Shown: in pieces, positions 28,235 through 37,090 of the stretch
Numbering within the stretch: position 1 is the first letter of the stretch
How the letters are laid out: every line of letters starts with the position of its first letter
Virus record (IMG/VR): IMGVR_UViG_3300032240_002557
Span: 35,913 to 99,912 of that record
Source: a virus
DNA: 64,000 nucleotides
Strand: one strand, 5' to 3'
Notes under the pieces: generated by a model
The model's input: only the letters and a program-made list of their open reading frames with translations
The model's database searches: none
Told to the model about the DNA's origin: nothing
Made by a program: the position numbers and the translations under genes

Positions 28235-29830
28235 TTAAAGTTTGATTTCTCCTTCGGTTTCAGCTGCTGCTTCGCCACCGCCTGCAGCTGCTTCTTCCTC
28301 TTTCTTTTTCTTAGTTAATTCTTTTGCTTTTTCGTTTGCTATCTTGTCATCGTCAGTCATTCCTAAATATTTGTCTAAAACATATTTCAGTGAGAAATAA
28401 GGCTTTCCGTCTGCATCTAGTAGTCCTGCTATTTTAGATACTTGATCCTTCCTAGCATTCAGGATTTCCATGTATCTTGTTTCAGCAAAAGAGTTATCCT
28501 TAACATAATCTAAACCAAATTGACTCTTAATCATAAAATCCTTAGAATGCTCTGGAAAATCTAAACAGAACTGAATCCAAAGAGGTTTTAAAAGTATGTC
28601 TTGGAAAATTGATCTTAATCTAGTTATAAATTTAAAGAATCTTATTTCTTCCTGGTCTAGTCCTTCTGCGTTACCGCTAAAAGTTCCCATTGTTCCCCTA
28701 TCATCCCTATCGAATCTAGAATAAGGAATTTTAGAATCTAATTTCAATTTATCAGCAAAATATGCTAATGCTTTAAGGTCACTAAAAGGCGTAGCATCTC
28801 CGCTACCTGTTAGAGGTGTAATATCCGGCGTTCCGTTAGGTGTTGATGGCATTAAATAGTTCTTAAAGAACTGAATATTTGGTTTACCGTTTACAAATAA
28901 TTCTCCGCTATCCTGATCTAATCTAATATCTTCCTTATAGATGCTCATTAATTCAGCTAAGCTCTGTTTTGCCTTTTGCGGGGATTTAGTTCCTATTGGA
29001 ACTGTCATAGTCATACGGAAAGAAGAATTCATTACGTTCCAGATAACCCTAGTGTGCTCCATAATTCTAAGGAGATTAAAAGATCTAATTAATCTTTCAA
29101 CGTAGCTAACCCTAGAAATAGTATTTCCTTTAGCGTATGAAATATAAAGAATTTGAGAATCGTAAAGTTTTCTTGTTAAAGAAGGATTGTCAGGATATTG
29201 AATCCAGATCTCAACGAAATTACCGTCTATTTGTTTTTCAACGGAAGGGAGTAAAGACTGAGGATCTAATTCTTTAAATCCGATAATATTTTTACCTCTG
29301 CTATCAAAAACTATTTCAAAAGCAAGTATACCATCTATTAATAGACTTCTAAAGAAATGCCATCCTGAAATATCTTCATTGAATCCAAAAAGATTATAGA
29401 TCTGTTTATACCTCTCGTGGATTTTTGCTTCTTTTTCCTCGCCAAGGCCTTTAATATCAGTATTAGTGAAATATGAGAAAAAATTCTTATCGTCATAAAC
29501 AATTGCCTCGTCACAAACTGTATCTAGGATGAATTCAATCTCCGGATTAAGTGCAAAGTTTCTTAGGTAAGTTTTTTTGTTGGCATAATCCCTATCAAAG
29601 TATGCGATATACTGCTTAGCGGTTGTATCTGCTTTCTTTAATGCATAAAGTAGGCTTTCGTCAGTAATTCCCCCTGTTCTAATAACTGCGCTTTCTGAGG
29701 GCCCAATGGCTTGAGAGTTTTTAACTACCATGTCCCCGTAGCTCATCCCAAAGGATCCTATCCTCTTAAGGGAGTTCATCAAATTACTGAAAAACGGGTT
29801 GGTTCTATTATCTTCTAAAAATCCTGCCAT
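28235..29830 (-). CDS. gp20: Portal protein paralogue A (gp20-like)
   Basis: PEIEFILDTVCDEAIV, LIDGILAFE, ELDP, SYVERLIRSFNLLRIME, KIPYSRF, EEIRFFKFITRLR. Confidence 0.88.
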   Translation of the reverse strand: MAGFLEDNRTNPFFSNLMNSLKRIGSFGMSYGDMVVKNSQAIGPSESAVIRTGGITDESLLYALKKADTTAKQYIAYFDRDYANKKTYLRNFALNPEIEFILDTVCDEAIVYDDKNFFSYFTNTDIKGLGEEKEAKIHERYKQIYNLFGFNEDISGWHFFRSLLIDGILAFEIVFDSRGKNIIGFKELDPQSLLPSVEKQIDGNFVEIWIQYPDNPSLTRKLYDSQILYISYAKGNTISRVSYVERLIRSFNLLRIMEHTRVIWNVMNSSFRMTMTVPIGTKSPQKAKQSLAELMSIYKEDIRLDQDSGELFVNGKPNIQFFKNYLMPSTPNGTPDITPLTGSGDATPFSDLKALAYFADKLKLDSKIPYSRFDRDDRGTMGTFSGNAEGLDQEEIRFFKFITRLRSIFQDILLKPLWIQFCLDFPEHSKDFMIKSQFGLDYVKDNSFAETRYMEILNARKDQVSKIAGLLDADGKPYFSLKYVLDKYLGMTDDDKIANEKAKELTKKKKEEEAAAGGGEAAAETEGEIKL

Positions 29831-30402
29831 TAACTATATTTGCTGTATATATCGTTTAGTGTAGCCCCCTCAATAGATTTAGTGTCTAGGTAAAATATGT
29901 ATTTCCATTCTTCCAACGGAATTTCCTTTAAACCCTTAATTTTTTCTATCTTGTAGCCACGATATGCATGATTATACTTGATACCAGACATAATAGTTTC
30001 TAAAAATGGGACATCAAATTTGAGTGGCATCCTTGCAGAAGCTTCTTTTGCCTCGTTTTGTTCCATTATTTTCCCATAAACCGCATTGATCTTAACTAAG
30101 AAATTAGTTCGGTTCCTTGGGGTCATTAGAATAAGATCTATTCCTTTTATAATGCTTCTTGTAGGTGTTATGTCTCTGGCTTCAAAGAAAATAACTGGTC
30201 TTCTGTTAACAAAGTCTTTTTCGCTCTTAGGCATAGAATCATAGAAAAAGGTGTAAATCTTCCCAGGTACTAAGCTTCTTAAAGAGTCTGAAGATTTTAG
30301 AACCGAATAATTTTCTCGATAATGCAAAAAGCTTTCCTCTGTCAATCTGGCAGGTGATCCCGATTTCTCTATTGCATCCCTGACCATTTTTCTAATATCC
30401 AT
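29830..30402 (-). CDS. DNA end protector-like protein (gp2-like)
   Basis: PGKIYTFFYD, RPVIF, GIDL, AYRGY, IPLEEW; adjacent to gp4 as in T4-like phages. Confidence 0.65.
   Translation of the reverse strand: MDIRKMVRDAIEKSGSPARLTEESFLHYRENYSVLKSSDSLRSLVPGKIYTFFYDSMPKSEKDFVNRRPVIFFEARDITPTRSIIKGIDLILMTPRNRTNFLVKINAVYGKIMEQNEAKEASARMPLKFDVPFLETIMSGIKYNHAYRGYKIEKIKGLKEIPLEEWKYIFYLDTKSIEGATLNDIYSKYS
29846..29853 (-). promoter_or_regulatory. Late promoter GATATATA for the portal pair
   Basis: Inside the 3' end of the gp2-like gene, 15 nt before the portal ATG. Confidence 0.7.
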
Positions 30403-30896
30403 TATCTAAAAATGAAATTTTCATCAATAGCACCAAATTTGTAGCCATTGTTCTTTGCAAATCCCATAGCAGCATCAAATTTAGCCCTATTTACTATCCA
30501 GACCTTCATTTGCTCGTTATGAGCTCTTATTCTCTTCTCTGTCAAATTGCCTTTTAGTTCTGGCTTTTTGTCCAGCTGATACTGTGCAGCTGGTTTAATC
30601 TCTATAATCCAATCCTCTATAGTTCCGTCCGTCTTTTGAACCTTTATGTAATAATCAGGATGATATATGTGAGTTTTTTTGTCTATCGGATTCCAATATT
30701 CAATCTGAACAGCTTCCGAAGCCCATTTTAAAATGTTTGGGTTTCTGTCACAGTACTGACAGAATCTTCCTTCCCAGGATGATCTGTAAATAATGTTGTG
30801 AATATCTCCAATGTATTTTTCAGGACTTTGAGGTACGAATTTTCCAGATTTGAACCTCCCGTTAGGTATAACATTTTTTATATTAACCTTAGACAT
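30402..30896 (-). CDS. gp4: Head completion nuclease (gp4-like, TnsA-type)
   Basis: PEKYIGD, IYRSSWE, WASE, YHPDY, IEIKP, NRAKF. Confidence 0.9.
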   Translation of the reverse strand: MSKVNIKNVIPNGRFKSGKFVPQSPEKYIGDIHNIIYRSSWEGRFCQYCDRNPNILKWASEAVQIEYWNPIDKKTHIYHPDYYIKVQKTDGTIEDWIIEIKPAAQYQLDKKPELKGNLTEKRIRAHNEQMKVWIVNRAKFDAAMGFAKNNGYKFGAIDENFIFR

Positions 30897-31245
30897 TGTA
30901 ATTTTGATTATCGTCTTTAGTTAATCGAGAAAATGGGATCGTTTTAATTGATCTGGTTGAATGTATCTTTTTCCATCCTTTTTGCATACCATTCTTTGCA
31001 ATTTGTGAAATAAAAGCAAATGGATTATCGGATTTAGCTGGGTCAAATCTGTCCCAATATTTAATTAAATCTTCTAGTCCGAATGCTATACAATCTTCTT
31101 TATCTTCGATGTCCCTATAAGATTTTGTCTTTGAAAGACCGTTTACGATTAGTGTAAACATTTTAACAGTCTCAGGAGTTAACCTTCCCTTCTCTTTAGA
31201 TTCTAGTAGCGCCCTCTTTAAATCTTTGTTTTTTACATACTCCAT
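30889..31245 (-). CDS. gp55: Late-transcription sigma factor (gp55-like, minimal)
   Basis: YVKNKDL, KYWDRFDPAKSDNPFAFISQIAKN. Confidence 0.85.
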   Translation of the reverse strand: MEYVKNKDLKRALLESKEKGRLTPETVKMFTLIVNGLSKTKSYRDIEDKEDCIAFGLEDLIKYWDRFDPAKSDNPFAFISQIAKNGMQKGWKKIHSTRSIKTIPFSRLTKDDNQNYNV

Positions 31246-31442
31246 TATGGTTGTTGGAAATTATTTTCTAGACTGCTGATTTGTCTTTCAACATCGTCTT
31301 CTAGGACAGCAAGATTTTTTAATGAATCTTCAATGGCCTTCAATCCTATTTTATGATTAAAATGGCTACTTGTTTCTAATTCTTTTAATTTACCTATGGT
31401 TTGTTTCAGTTCCTCCTGAAAATGAAAAAGTTCGTTACCCAT
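31245..31442 (-). CDS. Short coiled-coil ORF, probably the -1 frameshift extension of 31484..33805
   Basis: Frame stays open back to the A9G run at the upstream stop; its AUG lies in a hairpin loop. Confidence 0.55.
   Translation of the reverse strand: MGNELFHFQEELKQTIGKLKELETSSHFNHKIGLKAIEDSLKNLAVLEDDVERQISSLENNFQQP
31348..31376 (-). promoter_or_regulatory. Middle-type promoter GAAAC-N18-TAAAAT for gp55
   Basis: Intragenic two-box match ~100 nt upstream of the gp55 ATG. Confidence 0.6.
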
Positions 31443-31463
31443 TTCTTCGGCAACGAACTCTTC
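31425..31463 (-). other. 15-bp RNA hairpin (terminator or frameshift-related)
   Basis: GAAGAGTTCGTTGCC-GAAGAAATG-GGTAACGAACTTTTT with three G-U pairs. Confidence 0.65.
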
Positions 31464-31483
31464 ACTATGTTCTAGAATTGTTT

Positions 31484-33805
31484 TTACTTTTTTTTTGCAG
31501 CTGGAGCTTTAGCTAAAGTTGCTCTGTTCAATGGCTCGTGATCTTTCTTACCATTTTTATTATGATTACCTGGTGCTTCAGCTAATTGTGCCTTCTTAGT
31601 TCCAGTTTTTTTAACCTTCAATTTTTTAGCTTTAGGAGCTGGTGCTTTCTCGTAATTAACATTATTTTGAGATTCTGCTAGATTATGATCATTTAAATCT
31701 TCAATAAACTTAGAAGCGTTTGGTGCAGTACCACCTGGTGCATCAGCTAAATTAAAATTTTTCTCATTTTGAATAAACTTCTTATCTTTTCCAGCTTTTG
31801 CGCTAGGTGCTTCTGATAACTCATGATTGCCACTTACTCCTTTAGGATCTTTTGATTTAGAAGAAGTTCTTGCTGGAGCTTCCGCTAATGAATGATCTTT
31901 AAGATTTTCTACGTCTGCTGCAGAACCTGAAGCTTTACCCCCTGGTGCTTTAGCTAAATTTGCATTCTTATTGTTTTCAACAAATTTCTTATCTTTTCCA
32001 GATTTTCCTAATGGTGCTTCTGCTAATTCCATATCAGCATCTAAACCTTCGTTAGTTTCATCATCTTCTGTTAAATCACCAGCTACTTCTAATTTAGCGT
32101 TGCTGATTTCATCAGATATATTGATAACATCGTTGTAGAAAAATTCGCCTGTTCTTCCGTTCTCAAACATTACTGTGTAAGTTTTAGAATTACCATTTAC
32201 ACCTACTACTGTTCCTTTTTCTCCATTTCTTTTAACTTTAACTTCTGTATTAATTTCGTATCCTTCGCTTTCGTTTACTTTACTAATTTTCTTTGCACCT
32301 TTTTCAAATCTTTCTATTTCAACATTGATTTGATTCCATTTTGCTTTTAATTCTGTTGATTCTTTAACCAACATATCTTTTGCTTCTTTAACTTCTTCAG
32401 AATCAGCTAAACGTGGATTAAGTTCGATTGCTTTATTAATCTTGTTCATTTCGTTTTCAACGATTGATAGATTAGCCTTAATCGCCTCTTTGTCATTCTT
32501 CATGATAGAAAGAACTTGAGCTTCTTTTTCTAAAACGTTAGTCATAGATTCAGAAATATCAAATCCTAAGAATTCTTTAACTAAATTAACTGCTTGGCTT
32601 CCGTTTCCTTCTAAAAGTTCATTCTTCTTCATAGCAGGATTTACTCTGTGAACATAAACTTTTTCACCAAATTTAAAGATGTTAGCTTCTACGCCTTCAT
32701 AAACTCTAGAAACGATTTTCTTACCAAAATCAACTTCAGAAAGATAATCAGCTGCAGCTACTACTTCAGTTGCTTGTTCTACAACAGCAGCAGAAGATTG
32801 AAACGAATTTCTCAATTCGAAAGAAAGAACAAATCCTAATTTTTCTTGAGGAATTCTTTTTTCGTTTAAGAATACTGCTTTAGTATCTGTTTCGCTTTCA
32901 AAAACAACAGATAATTTATTTTTACCAATATACATGTCTAATCCGCTTTCGTTAATTTTAACGTTAGGATTAGAAAGTGCTAAAACTGCTTTTAAGAATT
33001 TACCAGGTAATTTAGATGCGTCTGCTCTTTCTAAAACAGATACGCCATTCTCTGTTGCTCTAAAGAACCTATTAGAAGTAACAAAGATTGAAGAATTCTC
33101 AGCAACTAAGCTAGGAGCTATAATGCTCTTAACATCACAATTTTCAGATTTAACTTTGATGCTAAATTTGTTTTGGTTGTTGCTTTCTAAATAGTTAATT
33201 CTTTCAACTAAAGTTCTAACAGTAGGATTGAATCCCCATTTGTTAAGACCTTTTAAAAGCTTTTCAGAAACTTTATCATCTGATGTTAACCAGTTTCTCA
33301 TTGCTTCTGTGATAGTAGAGAAAAGATCTTTACCGCCTGATCTATTGATTTCCTCAATAGCTTTAGCTACTTCAATTTCTCTTCTATTGCTCTCGTATGT
33401 TTTCTTAAGATTATCTAATGCATGTTTAGCATTTTTTTCCCAAGCAAAGTTTTCCAATTCTTGAATCATCCCCTCAATTAAGAATGCCTCTGAAATTCCT
33501 TTAATAGCAACGTGGTTGATGTATTTTTCTGCAAGTACTTTAGCTTCTGCAAGTTCAACAAAACTAGTTTGTTTTAATGCCATTGCAGTTTCAAGCACTC
33601 CAACAGAGAATGATGGCTTAACCATCTTAATATCTTCTGATGAGATTTGTTCTATTTCTTTTTGTCTGCCATCTACATAAGATCCAGCAGCACCTGGATT
33701 AAATCCTTGGTTTCCTCCCCAGCTCTCGTTAAGAAACGCTGCAGCAGCCTTGGCCTTTTCCATTTTTATCTGTGACAGATTATCGTCAAAGTTCATTTTA
33801 TCCAT
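31484..33805 (-). CDS. Large putative head protein with a KOW/SH3-like domain and a Lys-rich LAEAP-repeat tail
   Basis: FLNES, KINES, KVNES sites; EVKVKRNGEKGTVVGV; repeated LA(E/K/D)AP; three late promoters upstream. Confidence 0.55.
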   Translation of the reverse strand: MDKMNFDDNLSQIKMEKAKAAAAFLNESWGGNQGFNPGAAGSYVDGRQKEIEQISSEDIKMVKPSFSVGVLETAMALKQTSFVELAEAKVLAEKYINHVAIKGISEAFLIEGMIQELENFAWEKNAKHALDNLKKTYESNRREIEVAKAIEEINRSGGKDLFSTITEAMRNWLTSDDKVSEKLLKGLNKWGFNPTVRTLVERINYLESNNQNKFSIKVKSENCDVKSIIAPSLVAENSSIFVTSNRFFRATENGVSVLERADASKLPGKFLKAVLALSNPNVKINESGLDMYIGKNKLSVVFESETDTKAVFLNEKRIPQEKLGFVLSFELRNSFQSSAAVVEQATEVVAAADYLSEVDFGKKIVSRVYEGVEANIFKFGEKVYVHRVNPAMKKNELLEGNGSQAVNLVKEFLGFDISESMTNVLEKEAQVLSIMKNDKEAIKANLSIVENEMNKINKAIELNPRLADSEEVKEAKDMLVKESTELKAKWNQINVEIERFEKGAKKISKVNESEGYEINTEVKVKRNGEKGTVVGVNGNSKTYTVMFENGRTGEFFYNDVINISDEISNAKLEVAGDLTEDDETNEGLDADMELAEAPLGKSGKDKKFVENNKNANLAKAPGGKASGSAADVENLKDHSLAEAPARTSSKSKDPKGVSGNHELSEAPSAKAGKDKKFIQNEKNFNLADAPGGTAPNASKFIEDLNDHNLAESQNNVNYEKAPAPKAKKLKVKKTGTKKAQLAEAPGNHNKNGKKDHEPLNRATLAKAPAAKKK

Positions 33806-33827
33806 TTTGAGGGATTTTATTTGTATG

Positions 33828-33889
33828 TATATATCTAAGTCGTAAAACCATTTTTTAATGTTTATCTATTTAAACCTATCATATCTATC
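33828..33889 (-). promoter_or_regulatory. Cluster of three late-type motifs
   Basis: GATATATA 33828-35, AATAGATA 33863-70, GATAGATA 33882-89 in a 117-bp intergenic gap. Confidence 0.65.
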
Positions 33890-33922
33890 TCATTGTGCTA
33901 TTTTCCAGCAAGCTGTAAAAAA

Positions 33923-34489
33923 TTAAGACATGTTTAATTCTATATAATCAACCCAGGGTCCATGATTACCGTTCCAATATCCTGTATCTATACCTGTTAA
34001 TTGAACATTTACTGATGCTATTGTATCGAACGTTGCAGGAATTTCGCTTCTATTTAAAGTTAATGCTATATCAGTATAGTCTGAAGGTGCAATAGATGTT
34101 CCCGTTGTTTTTGTCGCAATCGTTGTTCCGGCTGAGTTTTTAAACAGTAATACAAAATTATACGTGTCCCTTTGAGACGGAAGACCCCTTTGATTCTCCT
34201 CCTTAATATTGACAACACCAGTGAAGGAATTTGCTGAAGAAATAGAACCGCTTACATCTACAGACTGGGAAACTGTTCTACTTACAAATGTGAAGTATAA
34301 GACGCCATTTAAAACTGCAACCTGATTAGATGAATAGTATGACCACGTTCCAAATCCCCCACTTGCAGTCCATCCAGCTGTTCCTGAATCAAAATCAGGA
34401 TTAGTTAATAATTGTGTTGCTGGAGGGGGAGGTCCTGGTGGAGGTCCTGGCAAAGAATCTTTAAAAAACGAGACTGGAAATGTTATCAT
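33923..34489 (-). CDS. Putative carbohydrate-binding jelly-roll virion protein with a Pro linker
   Basis: LLTNPDFDSGTAGWT...VSQSVDV...GYWNGNHGPWVDYIEL. Confidence 0.5.
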   Translation of the reverse strand: MITFPVSFFKDSLPGPPPGPPPPATQLLTNPDFDSGTAGWTASGGFGTWSYYSSNQVAVLNGVLYFTFVSRTVSQSVDVSGSISSANSFTGVVNIKEENQRGLPSQRDTYNFVLLFKNSAGTTIATKTTGTSIAPSDYTDIALTLNRSEIPATFDTIASVNVQLTGIDTGYWNGNHGPWVDYIELNMS

Positions 34490-34495
34490 ATTGAA

Positions 34496-35920
34496 TTAAG
34501 AAAAATTTTGAAGATATGACCCAAAGTACTTAGAATCAACATAAACAAATGTATACACATCATATTTATTTGCTCCTGCTGTCATAGTTGGGGTTGAAGC
34601 CCATGTCACAGATCCTGGCCAACCGACTGTGTATCCTCCAGCAGCTCCTTGTTTAACAACTAATATGTATGTTCCACCAGCTTTTCCGTCGTTGAAAGTG
34701 AATGTTGTTGCGCCGGTTAAAGTGTAAAACTGAACATTCCCATTATCCCAATCTATTGTTGCTGATGATGCTGTGTAAGAATTTGCCCAAGCTTGACCGT
34801 TTACCTGTATATTTCCTGTATAAGGACTTAAGAAAGAAGAGCCAGAAGAGCCAGAAGAGCCAGAAGTACCTGACGAGCCATTAGGAGCACCTTGTTTCCA
34901 GTATACTTTACCTGTAGGATCCCCAGGATTGAAAGGATTTGGGTCCCAAACTAAATACTTATCCAATGCTGGGCCTTGTGTAATACCCGAAAGATAAATT
35001 TCACCATCTACGCTAAGATCTGCCTGAGAATGAACACCATATTCATCAATATGAGCTTTCCATATATTCCCAACCAAAAATTGGTGTTGATACCCATCAG
35101 GAACGTGATTTTCTACGTACCCTTCCCATGGTTGACCAGGTAATCCTTGTCTAACTAAAATACCTGCAGTTCCTGATGTTCCATCTTCATGAGTTATTAT
35201 CTTAAAAGTATTGTCCCCTAATGGTGTATAAAATTCTGGATTTATAATAAGTGTATTCCCATCAAATCTGAGATTTGGATTAGCCTCTGCAACAGATCCA
35301 TCAGAATTTGATGTTAAGATAGCATTAGCACTAGGACTGTTTATTGTTACTCCTGGTCCTACTGAACCCTGAGCTCCGTGTACACCCTGAGCTCCTTGAG
35401 CTCCTTGAGCTCCAGTTCTACCATCAAGATTTACTGTCCATTGGTTGTATGTACCAGTTCCGATTTTTTCATTAACCTTCATCACTAAAGTACCGTTCGG
35501 GTTATATGAAACTATTTCCCCGTGAAAATGGTTAAAATCATCCCTTGCTACTATTAAGTTTTGTCCCGGAGAATATTCTAAGCTATGATCTGCTACCATA
35601 GTTATTTGATTTCCTACAACAAGGGTTGAAAGATTTATTGATCCATTTATAAAACCTCTATACTTAGCGCTAACCCCAGATGATCCTGATGACCCTGAAG
35701 TTCCGTGCGTTCCTGATGTTCCAGAGGATCCAGAGGATCCGGATGATCCAGATGTTCCAGATTCCCCAGAGGATCCATCTGTTCCTGATGTTCCTGAGGT
35801 TCCTGATAAAACTAAATCCTTGCCTATTTTTGAAGTCACGTTTCCAACAACACCAACTAACCAATCACCGGGATTAAAAGATGTTGCTATTGGTAAGGCT
35901 GTTATTCTTATTCCTGCCAT
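34496..35920 (-). CDS. Second Gly-X-X fibre/tail accessory protein
   Basis: SGTSG and GAQ tracts; shares a module with 19831..22161; C-terminal IDWDNGNVQ..TL..GGTYILVVKQ..WP domain. Confidence 0.7.
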   Translation of the reverse strand: MAGIRITALPIATSFNPGDWLVGVVGNVTSKIGKDLVLSGTSGTSGTDGSSGESGTSGSSGSSGSSGTSGTHGTSGSSGSSGVSAKYRGFINGSINLSTLVVGNQITMVADHSLEYSPGQNLIVARDDFNHFHGEIVSYNPNGTLVMKVNEKIGTGTYNQWTVNLDGRTGAQGAQGAQGVHGAQGSVGPGVTINSPSANAILTSNSDGSVAEANPNLRFDGNTLIINPEFYTPLGDNTFKIITHEDGTSGTAGILVRQGLPGQPWEGYVENHVPDGYQHQFLVGNIWKAHIDEYGVHSQADLSVDGEIYLSGITQGPALDKYLVWDPNPFNPGDPTGKVYWKQGAPNGSSGTSGSSGSSGSSFLSPYTGNIQVNGQAWANSYTASSATIDWDNGNVQFYTLTGATTFTFNDGKAGGTYILVVKQGAAGGYTVGWPGSVTWASTPTMTAGANKYDVYTFVYVDSKYFGSYLQNFS

Positions 35921-35933
35921 TTTTTTAATTATA

Positions 35934-36524
35934 TTATTGTATCAAATAATCTCCGTCTGGTAGAAGTATATCACCTACCTGTGAAATTATTGGTATTTCT
36001 CCTTTAGTTACCCCTTGAATTGCTGACGAAGCTATAAGTATTTTTAAATCTACTATACCTGAATGTGGATTATGTAAAACAAGTCCTCCCTTAGAAAAAT
36101 AAGGACTTGATAACCCAACGCCATTAGTATTTAAAATTATACCTCTTCCTTGATCGGTATCATTAGGCTCACCTGACCAAATAGTTACTTCTCCCATTGG
36201 ATATGTCTTATCCGCATAGATTAAATTAATATATTTGTCAGAATCTTTTGTGAATGTTGAAGAATATGTTGCTTTTATTAAAACAAATTTTACCTCGCCA
36301 AAAGAATTGGAAATTCCGCCATCATCAACTAAGAAAGCCATTCCGCCTTTTAATCTAACTGTCTGTGAAAAGAATTCATCAATGTCCATAGAAAAATCAC
36401 AGAAATTAAAGGAATTAACTAATCCATTGTCCTTAGTGATCTTAAAAGTACATCTATCAAAATGACCAGATTGTATTAACGTATTTGCTATATCCGCTTG
36501 ACATATGATCGGTGCTTTTGCCAT
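35934..36524 (-). CDS. Hypothetical beta-rich structural protein (paralogue of 36524..37084)
   Basis: GEVKFVLIKATYS...GGLVLHNP; late operon. Confidence 0.5.
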   Translation of the reverse strand: MAKAPIICQADIANTLIQSGHFDRCTFKITKDNGLVNSFNFCDFSMDIDEFFSQTVRLKGGMAFLVDDGGISNSFGEVKFVLIKATYSSTFTKDSDKYINLIYADKTYPMGEVTIWSGEPNDTDQGRGIILNTNGVGLSSPYFSKGGLVLHNPHSGIVDLKILIASSAIQGVTKGEIPIISQVGDILLPDGDYLIQ

Positions 36525-37084
36525 TAATTCATTACTAATATTTGAATCTCAACCTCTTCAGTAGTTGGGTTACTTATCAAAATGCCACCAAAACCAAAAT
36601 CTGGTTCTGTTGGCATAGGACTAATAATAGGTGAGAATTCCGGACTAGCTTGATTGTCTGTCCAAGGTTCTAAATCCCATCCATGATGTTTAATGTGATC
36701 TAATGTTTTTCCTGTTACGAAGTGTATATTTTTACAAGGAAATATAGATCCATTATATTCTAAAGTTATTAATTTGTCCTGATCTACTAATTTTTTTGAG
36801 TAGCTAACCCTAATTATAATCATAGAAACCTCGCCCTGGTCTTGAGAAATATTTCCTCCATATAAAGTGTACATAGCATTTGGTGAAAGATAAAATCTTT
36901 TAACAAAGCTACCGCCATTTTCAGAAGCAGGATGAAAAAACCCTGAGAAATCAACAGCATCTAAAACTTGAGATCCCTGAATTACTTTTAGAGAAGACCC
37001 TTCAAAAACAAGTTTCTTCTGCTTTTCTGGGTTACAATCAACATATTTGATGTATCTAGAATCTGTACTTTGTATATTAGGCAT
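36524..37084 (-). CDS. Hypothetical beta-rich structural protein (paralogue of 35934..36524)
   Basis: GEVSMIIIRVSYS...GGILISNP. Confidence 0.5.
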   Translation of the reverse strand: MPNIQSTDSRYIKYVDCNPEKQKKLVFEGSSLKVIQGSQVLDAVDFSGFFHPASENGGSFVKRFYLSPNAMYTLYGGNISQDQGEVSMIIIRVSYSKKLVDQDKLITLEYNGSIFPCKNIHFVTGKTLDHIKHHGWDLEPWTDNQASPEFSPIISPMPTEPDFGFGGILISNPTTEEVEIQILVMN

Positions 37085-37090
37085 CTTTTC

